The notes: generated from the sequence alone by a model not told the origin. A DNA stretch of 64,000 nucleotides from an uncultured Bacilli bacterium (GCA_934155645.1 CAKPHC010000001.1:31015-95014), one strand, 5' to 3'. Positions 46,081-58,045 are shown, numbered from the stretch's first letter. Program-made: numbers and translations.

Positions 46081-47892
46081 TTATTGGTTTTTAGCATCTG
46101 CCTTTTTTCTTAATTCTGTATTTAGAATTCTTTTTCTAATTCTTATACTTAAAGGTGTAATTTCTACTAATTCGTCTGAATTAATATAGTCTAGTGCATA
46201 TTCCAAAGGAATTGGTCTAGGGCGTTTTAATACTACTGTTTTATCACTACCAGCAGCACGCATATTAGTTAATTGTTTACCTTTTACAACGTTAACTGCT
46301 AAGTCATTATCTCTATTATGTTCACCAACTACCATACCTTCGTAAACTTCAGTACCTGGTTCAATAAACATAACACCACGTTCTTCAAGTGAACCTAATG
46401 CATAAGCTGTTGCTTTACCATTTTCCATAGAAACAAGAACACCAATACTACGTTCTCCTACTTCTACATTAGCAACTGGACGATATTCTTTAAATGTATG
46501 GTTAATAATACCATAACCTTTAGTTAATGTTAAAAAGTTTGTAGTAAATCCAATTAATCCACGTGAAGGGATAGTATAAACAATCTTAACTTGTCCATTA
46601 ACATTAGTCATACTTTCCATAATAGCACCACGAGTACCTAATTGTTCAATAACTGTACCTATTGTATCTTCAGGAGCATCAATCATTAATTCTTCATATG
46701 GTTCCATTTTAACACCATTTTCTTCTTTAACAATTACTGCAGGTTTTGATACTTGTAATTCAAATCCTTCTCTACGCATATTCTCAATTAAAATACCTAA
46801 GTGTAGTTCACCACGTCCTGATACAATCCATGACTCACTATCATTTTGTTTAACTTTTAAACTTACATCTCTTTGTGTTTCTTTAATTAAACGTTCTTCT
46901 ATTTTTCTTGCTGTTAATATTTTACCTTCTCTACCAACAAATGGAGAAGTATTAACACCAAAAGTCATTTGAAGAGTTGGTTCATCTATATGTAATATTG
47001 GTAATGGATTTCTTTTTCCTACTTCACATAAAGTTTCACCTACTGAAATATCCATAAGTCCTGCTACAGCACATATATCTCCTGCTTCTGCTTCTTCTAT
47101 TTCAATTCTTTTTAATCCTAGGTATCCAAATAGTTTTTGTACTCTAAATTGTTTAACTGAACCATCAAGTCTCATACAATCAACCATTTGGCCTACTCTA
47201 ATTTTACCATTATGAACTCTACCAATACCAATTCTTCCTACATAATCATTATAATCTAATAATGCTGGTTGGAATTGTAAATCAAGATTAGGGTCCCCAC
47301 TTGGTGCAGGTATCTCACTAATAATTAAATCAAGTAATTCAGTAAATCCTGGTGTTTGTGTACTTAAATCATCACTTAAACTACAAGTTCCATTAATAGC
47401 AGATGCATAAACTACTTTAAAGTCTAGCCAATCTTCATCAGCACCTAAGTCAATAAACAAATCTAATACTTCATCAAGTACTTCTTTACATCTTGCAGAT
47501 TCTTTATCTACCTTGTTAATTACAACAATTGGTTTTACATGTGCTTCTAGTGCTTTCTTTAATACGAATCTAGTTTGAGGCATAGTACCTTCATAAGCAT
47601 CAACTACTAACAAAACACCATCAACCATGTTCATAATACGTTCTACTTCGCCACCGAAGTCAGCATGTCCAGGAGTATCTAATATATTAATACGATATCC
47701 ATTATAATCTACTGCTGTAGTTTTAGCTAAAATAGTAATACCACGTTCTTTTTCTATTTGGTTAGAATCCATAGTAACATTACTTAAATCTTCATTATCA
47801 CGAAATGTTCCACTTGTTTTTAATATTTCATCTACTAATGTAGTTTTACCATGGTCAACATGCGCTATAATTGCTATATTTCTTTTTTTCAT
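46081..47892 (-). CDS. typA: Translational GTPase BipA/TypA
   Basis: [17 protein letters not shown]...[14 protein letters not shown] motifs. The start was moved to MKKRNIAII. Confidence 0.95.
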   Translation of the reverse strand: MKKRNIAIIAHVDHGKTTLVDEILKTSGTFRDNEDLSNVTMDSNQIEKERGITILAKTTAVDYNGYRINILDTPGHADFGGEVERIMNMVDGVLLVVDAYEGTMPQTRFVLKKALEAHVKPIVVINKVDKESARCKEVLDEVLDLFIDLGADEDWLDFKVVYASAINGTCSLSDDLSTQTPGFTELLDLIISEIPAPSGDPNLDLQFQPALLDYNDYVGRIGIGRVHNGKIRVGQMVDCMRLDGSVKQFRVQKLFGYLGLKRIEIEEAEAGDICAVAGLMDISVGETLCEVGKRNPLPILHIDEPTLQMTFGVNTSPFVGREGKILTARKIEERLIKETQRDVSLKVKQNDSESWIVSGRGELHLGILIENMRREGFELQVSKPAVIVKEENGVKMEPYEELMIDAPEDTIGTVIEQLGTRGAIMESMTNVNGQVKIVYTIPSRGLIGFTTNFLTLTKGYGIINHTFKEYRPVANVEVGERSIGVLVSMENGKATAYALGSLEERGVMFIEPGTEVYEGMVVGEHNRDNDLAVNVVKGKQLTNMRAAGSDKTVVLKRPRPIPLEYALDYINSDELVEITPLSIRIRKRILNTELRKKADAKNQ

Positions 47893-47988
47893 AATTACAC
47901 TTCCCTCGTAAAAACTTTCTAAATTATACCACAAATTATGAGAAAATCAATATTTTAAGCATAGAAAAAATCTATATAGCATAGATTT

Positions 47989-48627
47989 TTACTTTAACTT
48001 ATAATATTCACTCTTTAACCAATTACTAAGATTATTTAAATAAGATACTTGTAATGTCTTATAAAATAATAAGTCATCATAAGAAATATTGGTACTACTA
48101 AAAAATGAATCAAAATGCAATTTTTTCAAATTATTAAGCTGCATTTCAGCGTTATTAGTTCTATCTTCATTGTTACTTATTAAGAAAGATGAATAACCAT
48201 AAAATCTTGAAATACAAGTCTCATTTTTCATTTTTGAAATTATGTTATTTAGTTCTTTTTTAGTTATTTTTTGCTTATTTCTATATTCTACTATAATATT
48301 AGGCTCAGTATAATTAACAAAATCAGTTAATTCAAGGTAACACATTCTAATGTCTTTTACTAAATCATTTAAAAATCTTTGATAATCAGCATCTTCTATC
48401 GAAAAATCAGATAATTCCCACCAAAAAAATTCTTCATTATCATAAGTTATTTCTGTCATATTATTTTTTATACTAATAAGATTATCATCATATGCTGTCC
48501 ACAAGCTATTATTTTGGTTTATCATAATTGTATCTTTGTTAATAATTTTATAAAGTAACAATATAACCATTAAAATAGCTATCGCACTTACTACTAGAAT
48601 TAAATATTTTCTTTTTTTCATAAACAA
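47989..48627 (-). CDS. Membrane-anchored hypothetical protein
   Basis: 212-aa ORF with an N-terminal transmembrane segment. Confidence 0.4.
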   Translation of the reverse strand: MFMKKRKYLILVVSAIAILMVILLLYKIINKDTIMINQNNSLWTAYDDNLISIKNNMTEITYDNEEFFWWELSDFSIEDADYQRFLNDLVKDIRMCYLELTDFVNYTEPNIIVEYRNKQKITKKELNNIISKMKNETCISRFYGYSSFLISNNEDRTNNAEMQLNNLKKLHFDSFFSSTNISYDDLLFYKTLQVSYLNNLSNWLKSEYYKLK

Positions 48628-48768
48628 CTTCTCCTTAGAAACATATTTTACACAAGACTTAAAGTTTAAATATTATAACTACATTTATTACTATAAGATT
48701 ATCATAATTTTATTATCATTACAATGTATAAAGCTAATATAAAAGTATCAATATATAATGGTGATTTT

Positions 48769-50244
48769 ATGAATAATAATTCAATCTGGTTAAAAGGAAT
48801 TAAACCAAAGTTAATGCCCCCATTAAAAACCGATATAACTACTGACATATTAATTATTGGAGGAGGTATTACAGGTATAACTACTTGTTTTTATCTAAAA
48901 GATTCTAATCTTGACATTACTCTTATAGAAAGTAATAGAATTGCTCATGCTACATCAGCTAAAACTACTGGTAAATTAACCTACTTACAAGATAATATTC
49001 CTAATAAAGTTAAAAAAATATATGGCACAAACGCCGCTAAAGATTATATAGAAAGTCAAAAATATGCAATTGAATTAGTTAAAGACAATATTTTGAATCA
49101 TAATATAAAATGTAATTTTGAAAGTAATAATTCTTACCTTTTTACAGATTTAAATACTAATATTACTAAAATTAACTCCACAATCAAAATACTATCTAAA
49201 GCCAAAATAGATTACAAAATAAGTAAAAATTTACCTATTAAATATCCTTGTAAATACAATGTAAAAGTAACTAATACAGCTGTATTCCATCCAGTTAAAT
49301 ATATCTTAGGGCTTAAAGATACCCTATTAGACAAGAAAAATATTCATATATATGAAAAAACTAAAGCAGTAAATTTAAGTAAAGATGAAGATTATTACAT
49401 AATTAAAACTAATTCTAATACTATTAAAGCTAAAAAAGTAGTACTAGCATGTCACTATCCTTTCTTCCTAGTACCAAAACTTTTCCCATTTAAAACCTAT
49501 CTAGAAAAATCCTATTTAGTAAGTGGAATTGTTGATAAAAACAAAATGTTTAACGCAATAACTATTGATGGAAAACACTCGATAAGATATTACTCATCTA
49601 ATAAAGACTATATCATATATGTAGGTAAACCCAATACCCTAGGCAATAACATGGATAATCAAAAAAACTTTAATGATATAATTTGGCATATGAAATCAAA
49701 TCTTACTAAAGATATAAAATACTACTGGTTCAATTATGATGTTATGACACCAGATAGTCTTCCTATTATTGGGTATTATGAAAAGGATAATCCTAATTTA
49801 TTAATAGGAACAGGGTATAATACTTGGGGTATGACTAACGGAAGCTTAGCTGGAAAAATACTTAGTGACTTAATACTAGGAAAAGAAAATAAGTATAGCT
49901 ATCTATTTGACCCTAATAGAGCATCATCTACTACAAAAATATTAAATACAATTGGATATAATATTGAAAATGGCATAACATACATAAAATCAAAATTAAA
50001 AAAGAAATATCCGTTCTACTCTAAAAACGTTAAAATAGAAAATCGTAACGGCTTAAGATGTGGAATTTATATTGACGAAGATAAAAAAGAACACGTTGTA
50101 TCAAATACTTGTCCTCATATGAAATGTAACCTAATATTTAATGAAATAGATAAAACTTGGGATTGTCCTTGTCATGGTTCTAGATTTGATATTGATGGAA
50201 AATCAATTAAAGGTCCAAGTGTTTATAATATAAGTATAAAATAA
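48769..50244 (+). CDS. FAD-dependent oxidoreductase with a C-terminal Rieske [2Fe-2S] domain (YhfW-like)
   Basis: Dinucleotide fold DILIIGGGITGITT. Rieske motifs CPHMKC...CPCHGSRF. Confidence 0.7.
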   Translation: MNNNSIWLKGIKPKLMPPLKTDITTDILIIGGGITGITTCFYLKDSNLDITLIESNRIAHATSAKTTGKLTYLQDNIPNKVKKIYGTNAAKDYIESQKYAIELVKDNILNHNIKCNFESNNSYLFTDLNTNITKINSTIKILSKAKIDYKISKNLPIKYPCKYNVKVTNTAVFHPVKYILGLKDTLLDKKNIHIYEKTKAVNLSKDEDYYIIKTNSNTIKAKKVVLACHYPFFLVPKLFPFKTYLEKSYLVSGIVDKNKMFNAITIDGKHSIRYYSSNKDYIIYVGKPNTLGNNMDNQKNFNDIIWHMKSNLTKDIKYYWFNYDVMTPDSLPIIGYYEKDNPNLLIGTGYNTWGMTNGSLAGKILSDLILGKENKYSYLFDPNRASSTTKILNTIGYNIENGITYIKSKLKKKYPFYSKNVKIENRNGLRCGIYIDEDKKEHVVSNTCPHMKCNLIFNEIDKTWDCPCHGSRFDIDGKSIKGPSVYNISIK

Positions 50245-50249
50245 TACGT

Positions 50250-50861
50250 CTATGTATTATTTTTTTTAATTCTAAAAAAATTCTTAAGCATTTTATAAAT
50301 CCAAGAAACAACTAAAACAGCTAATAAAATTATAATAGGTACCTTTAATCTTGAAGTAACTTGTTTTAAAATTACCCAGTTATTTCCAAGTGCATATCCA
50401 AAATAAACAAAAACAAAAGTCCAAGGAATACTACCAATAATTGTATAAAGTAAAAATCTTTTAAAAGATAATCTAGCAATTCCTATAGGAAGAGAAACTA
50501 AAGTTCTTACAATAGGAACATTTCTACCTATACATGCTGCAATAAGTCCATATTTATTAAACCAAGAATTACTCTTTTCCACTTCGTTATCTTTCATAAA
50601 AAAGTATTTTCCATATTTCATAGCAAATCCTTTACCACCAAAATATCCCATATAATAAATAATAATGGCACAGAAAACACTACCTAAAAGTCCGGTTATG
50701 AAAGCTCCCCAAAATGAAAATACACCCTGTCCTGCTAATATCCCACCAGTAGCAAGAATAAGTTCACTTGGAATTATAATTATTACCGCTTCTAATACCA
50801 TTCCTAAAAACATTCCTAAATATCCAAAATTACCAATTAAACTTAATACATAATTATCCAC
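50250..50861 (-). CDS. DedA/SNARE-associated family membrane protein
   Basis: 203 aa with four or five transmembrane segments and a DedA-like GYFGGKGF motif. Confidence 0.6.
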   Translation of the reverse strand: MDNYVLSLIGNFGYLGMFLGMVLEAVIIIIPSELILATGGILAGQGVFSFWGAFITGLLGSVFCAIIIYYMGYFGGKGFAMKYGKYFFMKDNEVEKSNSWFNKYGLIAACIGRNVPIVRTLVSLPIGIARLSFKRFLLYTIIGSIPWTFVFVYFGYALGNNWVILKQVTSRLKVPIIILLAVLVVSWIYKMLKNFFRIKKNNT

Positions 50862-50971
50862 AGTATCACCTAATTAAAATATATGATTTAATATTATTTC
50901 CATGAAACTATTTGACCATAGATATTTATTATCATATAATTGTATAAGATAGAAATAAGAAAGGAAATATT

Positions 50972-51487
50972 ATGACAGAAAAATTAGTTAACTTTTTTGT
51001 AAAACTCTTTGGAGGAAACAAAAATAATGAAATAGGAAAAATAGCAATAATAGCAATCTTATCAATGCTACCAATTATAGAACTACGTGGAGGATTAATT
51101 GCAGCAGCATTATTAAATCTAGATGGATTACTAAGTTTTATCGTATGCTATATCTTTAATCTTTTACCAATTCCATTTATTCTATTATTAATTAGATGGA
51201 TATTTAAACAATTTAAAAAGACTAAACGTCTAGGTAAAATAGTAGATAAAATGGAAGATAAGGTAGAAAAGAAAAAAGGTCAGATAGAAAAATATGGTTA
51301 TTGGGGATTATTCTTATTTGTAGCAATACCTCTTCCTGGAACTGGAGCATGGACAGGTGCTTTAATAGCAGCCATGTTAGATATGGATAAAAAGAAATCG
51401 TTCTTAGCTATTGCATTAGGCGTTGCTGGCGCTGGACTTATTATGATGATATTATCTTATGGATTATTAAAAGGAATCATTGGATAG
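50972..51487 (+). CDS. Small multidrug export-like membrane protein (Sm_multidrug_ex family)
   Basis: LPIIELRGGLIAAALL motif and four transmembrane segments. Confidence 0.5.
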   Translation: MTEKLVNFFVKLFGGNKNNEIGKIAIIAILSMLPIIELRGGLIAAALLNLDGLLSFIVCYIFNLLPIPFILLLIRWIFKQFKKTKRLGKIVDKMEDKVEKKKGQIEKYGYWGLFLFVAIPLPGTGAWTGALIAAMLDMDKKKSFLAIALGVAGAGLIMMILSYGLLKGIIG

Positions 51488-51519
51488 AAAAAACTTTACA
51501 TTTTTTGTAAAGTCTTTTT

Positions 51520-52776
51520 TTAATCTAAATAATATGAAGTATGAAGCAATACTCTACTAATTAGTTGTTCACCTTGATAAGTAGATAAATAAGTCTCATA
51601 TCCACCAGATGCAACTCTATTAGAAGTAACTATAAACTTTTTACCTTGCAATGCATTTTCATTAGACCAAATATCAATAACAACTTTATTGTTTTCAACA
51701 TACCCAACAATATATATTGGATAATCATATTGATTTTTAAATTGATAATCTACCCAATCTCCACCTACAGTAGCATCTTGTCCCTTTGAAACATAATTAA
51801 CTGCATAACCATGATTATATCTCATAACCGTTTGTAACCCGGCTAGTAATTGAGCATTATAAAGTGTAGTAGATACTTGACATACTCCACCACCACAGCC
51901 ATATCCAGAACTTGATTGAACTGGTGCTACCTTATATCCATTAGCACATGTATATGGTCCTACCACTTGCCTAAAAGAAAACAATTGGTCTTTCTCGAGC
52001 ATAACACCATTAAGTTTACTTACTGCTATTTCAATATTTTGTCCCCTATTACCATAATTATTAAAATCCGTTGAGAAAGTAGATATTTTCTTATTTATTA
52101 AAGATAATCTAGTTTCTTTCTTTTTGATTACTGACCCAGATACTTCTATATTGAAATCATTATTATCACTAATAAACTTATCTTTTTCATTATTTAAATA
52201 ACTGATTAGATTCTCCTTAGTTGTTTCAACATCCATTTTATATCCATCACTACCAGAATCAAATATTAAATTATGTTCAGCATTTAATACTAATTTTTCT
52301 TCTTTAACATCACTATTAACTTTACTTGCTAAATCCTTTATTATTAAATCAATCTTTTCATTAACAAAATTAACATCTAATGAATATTTTCTTAGTAATT
52401 CACCTTTTATCATTTTAATCTTATCAGAATATGAAGTACTTTTACTATCATCTTTTATTTTATTAATAACAGAATCAACATCTATAACCGGTTCAAAATC
52501 TTTTAATTTATATTTAACTGTTTTTCCATTATATATAAAACTTATATCTTTGTTTAACGCATTATTAACTAAATCATTAATTTTTCCCTCTAATTTATCA
52601 AAATCAATATTTGAAAAACTATAATCATTAATATAAGTACTTTTATATGTTTTATTTTGATATTCAATCATTAACTCTTTATAGTAAATAGATATAAATA
52701 ATCCTGAAGTCAGTGAGAGTACACCTATACAAGCTAAAATAATTATAACTATATATTTAGACTTCCTCTTTTGCAT
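51520..52776 (-). CDS. VanW family protein
   Basis: GGGVCQVSTTLYNA signature and an N-terminal transmembrane segment. Confidence 0.7.
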   Translation of the reverse strand: MQKRKSKYIVIIILACIGVLSLTSGLFISIYYKELMIEYQNKTYKSTYINDYSFSNIDFDKLEGKINDLVNNALNKDISFIYNGKTVKYKLKDFEPVIDVDSVINKIKDDSKSTSYSDKIKMIKGELLRKYSLDVNFVNEKIDLIIKDLASKVNSDVKEEKLVLNAEHNLIFDSGSDGYKMDVETTKENLISYLNNEKDKFISDNNDFNIEVSGSVIKKKETRLSLINKKISTFSTDFNNYGNRGQNIEIAVSKLNGVMLEKDQLFSFRQVVGPYTCANGYKVAPVQSSSGYGCGGGVCQVSTTLYNAQLLAGLQTVMRYNHGYAVNYVSKGQDATVGGDWVDYQFKNQYDYPIYIVGYVENNKVVIDIWSNENALQGKKFIVTSNRVASGGYETYLSTYQGEQLISRVLLHTSYYLD

Positions 52777-52906
52777 ACCCTCTGCTCCTATTCTATCATA
52801 TATAGTATATTATATCTTACTTTCTGTATCAATATAAAAACAATTACTTTACATCAAAAAAGAAGAAACATTACATTTCTTCCTTCATCTAACATTTATA
52901 AAATTT

Positions 52907-53266
52907 TTATTTCTTTTTACTTTTTTCTTTTTCAGTCTTATATTCTTCTTCGATTGCTCTGATATAGTTATCTGAGTAAGGATTCTTTTTAATTAAACTT
53001 ACACCTGTTGCTAAAGCTGAAACAGTTGCTGCTATAGCAATTGCAACAGAACAGTCCATACCTGCTGCTAATCCATCAACTGCTGCAAATATTGCACTTC
53101 CTGATAAAGCTCCTAAGCTTGCACAAGATACCATAATACGTTTATTTTCCCATTTTTCTTCTTTTTCCTTGTTCTCCCAGAATCTTTCAATATCATCTTT
53201 TTTAAAACTGTAATGATCTGTTAGTATCTTCGAAAAATTAACTTTCAAATTATTTACTTTTTTCAT
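52907..53266 (-). CDS. Hypothetical small protein with a hydrophobic segment
   Basis: 119-aa ORF. Confidence 0.35.
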   Translation of the reverse strand: MKKVNNLKVNFSKILTDHYSFKKDDIERFWENKEKEEKWENKRIMVSCASLGALSGSAIFAAVDGLAAGMDCSVAIAIAATVSALATGVSLIKKNPYSDNYIRAIEEEYKTEKEKSKKK

Positions 53267-53331
53267 TTTTCTCCCTCTCTCCTCACGAGATGTCTGTTAT
53301 CATACCATAAATGTCCATTTTTGTCAATTAC

Positions 53332-54615
53332 TTAGATAGTATTAAGCTCAGCATCATAAGGTAATTCTATAGTAACACTAGTACCATTATACTTTTCTGA
53401 TTCATATTTTAAAACACCGTTATGTCTATTTATTACATCAAAAGATAAATTAACACCTATTCCAGTTCCATTAAATTTAGTCGTATAGAAAGCTTCACCT
53501 AAATGATTTAATTCTTCACTAGTCATACCTATTCCATTATCACTAATAACAATTACTATCTTATTATCAATAACTTTCATACTTATGGATATAGCTAACT
53601 TTTGTCCATCTATCTTAGCTTCCATACTATTCTTTACAATGTTTATAAGTACTTGTTTTAACCTATTATAATCAGCCATAATATAAACTTCATCATCCAT
53701 TATATCAAGATTCATTTCTATATCATTATCCCTTAACAATATACCAATTGACCTTGTAAAATCTTCCAAAAGCATAACTATATCAATAATATCTTTCTCT
53801 ATTTTAACCTTAGAATAATCTAAATAATCATCCATAAGTGACAAAGTTCTATTAATTTCACTTTTAATAATAGGAATATATTTCTCTAACTTAGCTCTAT
53901 TATCAATATTAATCATATCTAAATATCCCTTACATACCGCTATTGGATTCTTTATTTCATGAGTTATTTTAAATAAAGAATTTCTAATCGTTTTTTCCTT
54001 TTCTAATTCCCTAATCGCACTATTTAATGATATAAAATCCTCTATTTTTTGAACTAACTTATAATAAAATGAACTTGCTATATAAAAGATAGATATAGTA
54101 AGAATTATTTTTAATAAATTAAACCATATATTATTTAAAGGACTTATAAAAAAGAAAGTTAAAAAAGATATATTAAAAGCTTTTAATACTGTAAAACTAT
54201 TAATTATATAACTAGAGGTAATGTTTTTTCTGTAAGATATTATATATATAAGAAAATAAGTAACATATTCAAAAATAACAAGGATAGGACTATATCCAAA
54301 CATAATCATTGAGTATATAACTAAAATAATAGATATAACTACAGCAATGCCTTTTCTTCCTTTTAAGTATGCAAATAAAAGAGGAATATTTAAAAGAATA
54401 GAAACATAGCAGTCATTTTTAAAGTATCCATATCGTGTTAATAAAAACAATGATAATAAAAGACTAAATTCAAAGTATCGATTAATTAAAATCTTATTAT
54501 TGTTTCTTTGATATGAAATACAAATAAGATATAAAAATAGCGGAAATAATAAAAGAACTGTATTTAATATATAACCATCAAAAAACCTCATATAATGCCT
54601 TCTTTCTATTAACAT
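53332..54615 (-). CDS. Sensor histidine kinase, membrane-bound orphan (KinB-like architecture)
   Basis: A multi-transmembrane N-terminus, the HisKA box ITHEIKNPIAV, and an HATPase_c domain (DNGIGM). Confidence 0.7.
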   Translation of the reverse strand: MLIERRHYMRFFDGYILNTVLLLFPLFLYLICISYQRNNNKILINRYFEFSLLLSLFLLTRYGYFKNDCYVSILLNIPLLFAYLKGRKGIAVVISIILVIYSMIMFGYSPILVIFEYVTYFLIYIISYRKNITSSYIINSFTVLKAFNISFLTFFFISPLNNIWFNLLKIILTISIFYIASSFYYKLVQKIEDFISLNSAIRELEKEKTIRNSLFKITHEIKNPIAVCKGYLDMINIDNRAKLEKYIPIIKSEINRTLSLMDDYLDYSKVKIEKDIIDIVMLLEDFTRSIGILLRDNDIEMNLDIMDDEVYIMADYNRLKQVLINIVKNSMEAKIDGQKLAISISMKVIDNKIVIVISDNGIGMTSEELNHLGEAFYTTKFNGTGIGVNLSFDVINRHNGVLKYESEKYNGTSVTIELPYDAELNTI

Positions 54616-54666
54616 TATATGAGATTAATTTGTCGAAATTTGTCGAATTGTGTCAAAATATCACGA

Positions 54667-54978
54667 TTATTTTAAATCATCAATATATTTCTTTAATTGT
54701 TTAGAATTTGGTCCTAAAATTATTTTTAATTGATTATCAATCTCTACTATTCCTTTAGCACCTAATTTCTGAATTGCTTCCTTATCTACTATTGATATAT
54801 CTTTTAAAGTTACTTTAAATCTAGATAAATTAACTTCTGTTGCTAGTATATTATCCTTTCCACCAAGGTAATCTACTAACTTATTTAATTGTAAATGTGC
54901 ATCCTTCTTTCCAGCTTTTAATACTGCTAAAAGAATGATAAACACAACTACTAAAATAATTATATATTCTATTTTCAT
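54667..54978 (-). CDS. Membrane-anchored PTS EIIB-like domain protein lacking the catalytic Cys
   Basis: KLVDYLGGKDNILATEVNLSRFKVTLKD resembles the EIIB(Glc) fold. The position of the EIIB catalytic Cys is occupied by Ser. Confidence 0.4.
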   Translation of the reverse strand: MKIEYIIILVVVFIILLAVLKAGKKDAHLQLNKLVDYLGGKDNILATEVNLSRFKVTLKDISIVDKEAIQKLGAKGIVEIDNQLKIILGPNSKQLKKYIDDLK

Positions 54979-55025
54979 CTTTCTTCACCACAATCATTAT
55001 ACTATAATATGTTATTTTTTCAAAA

Positions 55026-56651
55026 TTATTTATTACGAACTTTCTTTATAATTTGTACTAAATCTAATATAAACAATAAAACTAACAAAGATGTCATAAT
55101 GTATGGAATGTAATTCGTACCAGTGTTACTAGTAGTAGAAGTAGTATCATTATTACTTACTTTAATTCTTATTTGATATACACTGCTATTACCATCTTCA
55201 TCACTTACTATAATTTTGATAATACTTCCATCTTTTAAATTTTCATTACCAACAATCTCTGTAGTATAACCATTATCATTAAAAGCAATAATATTTAATG
55301 ACTTTTCTTTACCTATCGTTAAAGTATACTCAAATATTTCTTTATTAAATTTAATGTCATATCCATCAATTTTTAAATTATCTAGATATAATTTTTCTAA
55401 AACTTTATCCTCTTTTACGACAATTATTTTATAAATTTTCTCACTATTATCTTCTGCTTTTACTGTTATCGTTACAATATTCTTACCTATCTTAAAATTT
55501 TCATTACCAGTTATTTCTACTTTAGAAGTATCAAGTTCAGGTATAGCTTCAATATCAAGACTATCAACATCTTTTCCAACTTTATACTCATAATCAACTA
55601 CATCTTTTTCAAAGTCTATATCTTTTCCATCAATTGTTAAAGATTTCAAATATGCATTAGCATTTCTATTATCAGGTCTGTTTATAGTAATTAAATAACT
55701 CTTACTTCCACCATCTTCACTAGTAACAGTAATAGTAAATTCATTTTTGCCATACTCCAAAGTCTTTTCTCCAGTACCAGTTACAGTTACTTTCGAATTA
55801 CTAGGAGTAGCTTTAATAATTACTTTATCACTATCAACAACAGCAGTATAGTTAGTTACATTACTAGAAAACTTAGGAGATAAATTACCTTTATCAATAG
55901 TAAGATTACTTAAAGATACATCAGTACTTTTCTCTTTATTAACAGTAATTCTATAAGTTTTAGTACTTCCAGATTCAGAAGTGACTACTATTTTAAATGT
56001 TTCACTATCCTTAGTTAAAGTTTTAAGCCCAGCGCCAGTTACTGTAGCTTTAGAAGCTGCAACTGCTGAAATATTAATTTTATCAGATTTAGTATTAACT
56101 ACATAAATAGTTATATTACTCCTAAATGCAGGACTTAAACTACAATTATTACAATCACTAACACTTAAAGAACTTAAAGTATTATCATCGGAATTAAAAC
56201 TAACATTAATAGATTTATTTCCTAAAGAAACACTATTATAATTATCATCACCCATAACTATATTATTAAAACTAATTGTACTGCTACCAACAGCACCACT
56301 ACTAGCTTTAACCCTAAAAGTAGCTATTGTAAAACTACTAACTTTGTCTTTGCTTTGACGTATCAAGTTAATATCACTAACACTAAAATTAGAATCAAAA
56401 GATGTCCAATTACTTTTATCATATGATGAACTAACTATTGATAAATAATTACCAACTTTAGCCGTTCCTGCTATATCAGTCGGTACAAAATCTAAATTAC
56501 TAACTGATAAACTACAACTTGTTTCTTCATTACTATTAAGTTTTGTTTTATCACAACTAATATTAATATCATTACTTGCTAAGACACAGTCTGGTATCAA
56601 AAATAAAAATAATACTAATATAATAATTCCTACTTTATTTCTAAAACTCAT
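55026..56651 (-). CDS. Cell-surface protein with tandem cadherin-like beta-sandwich repeats and a C-terminal transmembrane anchor
   Basis: At least four repeats of LSxLxV...LSPxFxxxxxxYTAVV...TVTSEDGxSKxYxITV. Confidence 0.6.
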   Translation of the reverse strand: MSFRNKVGIIILVLFLFLIPDCVLASNDINISCDKTKLNSNEETSCSLSVSNLDFVPTDIAGTAKVGNYLSIVSSSYDKSNWTSFDSNFSVSDINLIRQSKDKVSSFTIATFRVKASSGAVGSSTISFNNIVMGDDNYNSVSLGNKSINVSFNSDDNTLSSLSVSDCNNCSLSPAFRSNITIYVVNTKSDKINISAVAASKATVTGAGLKTLTKDSETFKIVVTSESGSTKTYRITVNKEKSTDVSLSNLTIDKGNLSPKFSSNVTNYTAVVDSDKVIIKATPSNSKVTVTGTGEKTLEYGKNEFTITVTSEDGGSKSYLITINRPDNRNANAYLKSLTIDGKDIDFEKDVVDYEYKVGKDVDSLDIEAIPELDTSKVEITGNENFKIGKNIVTITVKAEDNSEKIYKIIVVKEDKVLEKLYLDNLKIDGYDIKFNKEIFEYTLTIGKEKSLNIIAFNDNGYTTEIVGNENLKDGSIIKIIVSDEDGNSSVYQIRIKVSNNDTTSTTSNTGTNYIPYIMTSLLVLLFILDLVQIIKKVRNK

Positions 56652-56821
56652 AACAATCCCTCTATTCTTTACTATCTATATAATAACAAAAAACGACATA
56701 AAAGTAAATTATTCATTATTATTAAATTAAAAGAATATTATAAATTATAGGTATTAATACGACACCAGATATAAGAAGTCGAATATCTTATAATAGAAAA
56801 AGATAAAAAGGAGTTGATTAG

Positions 56822-57232
56822 ATGGGTGAAAATTGCTGCTGCTTTACTAAAACATTAAAAATAATTGACCTACTACAACGTAGTGCAGAAAAAGAAGAAT
56901 GCTTTGATAATACTTGTAGTAGACCATTTTTAGGAGTAGAAATACCATCATTATGTCTAAACACAAGACCTATAACCTTTTATGGGTGCGATAATAACTT
57001 AATACAATTAAACTATTCTACTACTATTAATGGTGAAACAAGTACAGGTACAAGTGGCATATTTAGAATTGAAAAAGTAGATGATGGTTGTGTTGTAGTA
57101 TCTATTCTTATAGCTAATCCAGATACAGAAGATACTACTAGACCATATATAACTACTAGGAATACAGCAACTATTAATTTAGGTTGTGTATGCGCTATAA
57201 AATGTTTAGGCGATACTATCGTTGATTTATAG
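56822..57232 (+). CDS. CotY/CotZ-family cysteine-rich spore coat/exosporium protein (paralog A)
   Basis: GIFRIEKVDDGCVVVSILIA and INLGCVCAIKCLGD resemble B. subtilis CotZ. Confidence 0.6.
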   Translation: MGENCCCFTKTLKIIDLLQRSAEKEECFDNTCSRPFLGVEIPSLCLNTRPITFYGCDNNLIQLNYSTTINGETSTGTSGIFRIEKVDDGCVVVSILIANPDTEDTTRPYITTRNTATINLGCVCAIKCLGDTIVDL

Positions 57233-57247
57233 AAAGGGGGATAAAAT

Positions 57248-57664
57248 ATGTGTGGAAATAATAATGAATGTTCTTGTTCTTTTATAAAAACTTTAGAATT
57301 AATCCTTACCCTTCAACAAAAAGGTGAAGTATGTGATGTTAATAACGGTTGTAGTAAACCTTTTTTAGGACCAATATTAAATAGTGTATGTCTAAATACA
57401 AGACCAATAACACTATATAGTTGTTGTACACATGCATTATGGTCTATGCCATATACTTTAAATGGAACTCAAGGAAATAGTACAGTATTTAGAATAGAAA
57501 ACTTAGATGACAATTGTGCAACATTTAGAGTTCTAGCACCTAATCCAAATGTTGATGAACAAGAAACATTCCCTTATGTAGCAACTAATGATTACTTCAC
57601 TATTAATTTAAAATGTGTTGGTGCAATTAAATGCTTAGGTGACACATACATAAGTGGAGTATAA
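57248..57664 (+). CDS. CotY/CotZ-family cysteine-rich spore coat/exosporium protein (paralog B)
   Basis: TVFRIENLDDNCATFRVLAP and INLKCVGAIKCLGD. Confidence 0.6.
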   Translation: MCGNNNECSCSFIKTLELILTLQQKGEVCDVNNGCSKPFLGPILNSVCLNTRPITLYSCCTHALWSMPYTLNGTQGNSTVFRIENLDDNCATFRVLAPNPNVDEQETFPYVATNDYFTINLKCVGAIKCLGDTYISGV

Positions 57665-57687
57665 AAGACCTTAGGTCTTTTTCTTTT
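57664..57687 (+). terminator. Intrinsic terminator after the cotZ-like pair
   Basis: AAGACC-TTA-GGTCTT followed by TTTCTTTT. Confidence 0.55.
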
Positions 57688-57709
57688 AAAAAAAAAGCAA
57701 CTATGTTGC

Positions 57710-58045
57710 TTAAGATTTTACCTTTATCTCTACTACATCATCTAAATTAATTGTCCTACCATCATTAGTTAATAAACGTTCCCCTACTTTACCAACTAGT
57801 CTTGTATTAAATACTTCATTTCTAGTCTTAACTTCAACTGGTACATTAAATACATATTCTTTATTCTTTAACATGTTATTAACAGCACCTCTAAAACTAG
57901 TATTATCATCATATGTATTATTTTCTACACGATTATAAGTATTAGTTTGTAAATTGCTTTCATATTTAGAATAAAAAACATTTTTATTATTTTCTATTCT
58001 TTTATTAGGACTGTTCTTAAAAATAGAAGGTAATTCCTTTTTCAT
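57710..58045 (-). CDS. Hypothetical small protein, possibly sporulation-related
   Basis: 111-aa ORF with a hairpin terminator at 57688-57712. Confidence 0.35.
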   Translation of the reverse strand: MKKELPSIFKNSPNKRIENNKNVFYSKYESNLQTNTYNRVENNTYDDNTSFRGAVNNMLKNKEYVFNVPVEVKTRNEVFNTRLVGKVGERLLTNDGRTINLDDVVEIKVKS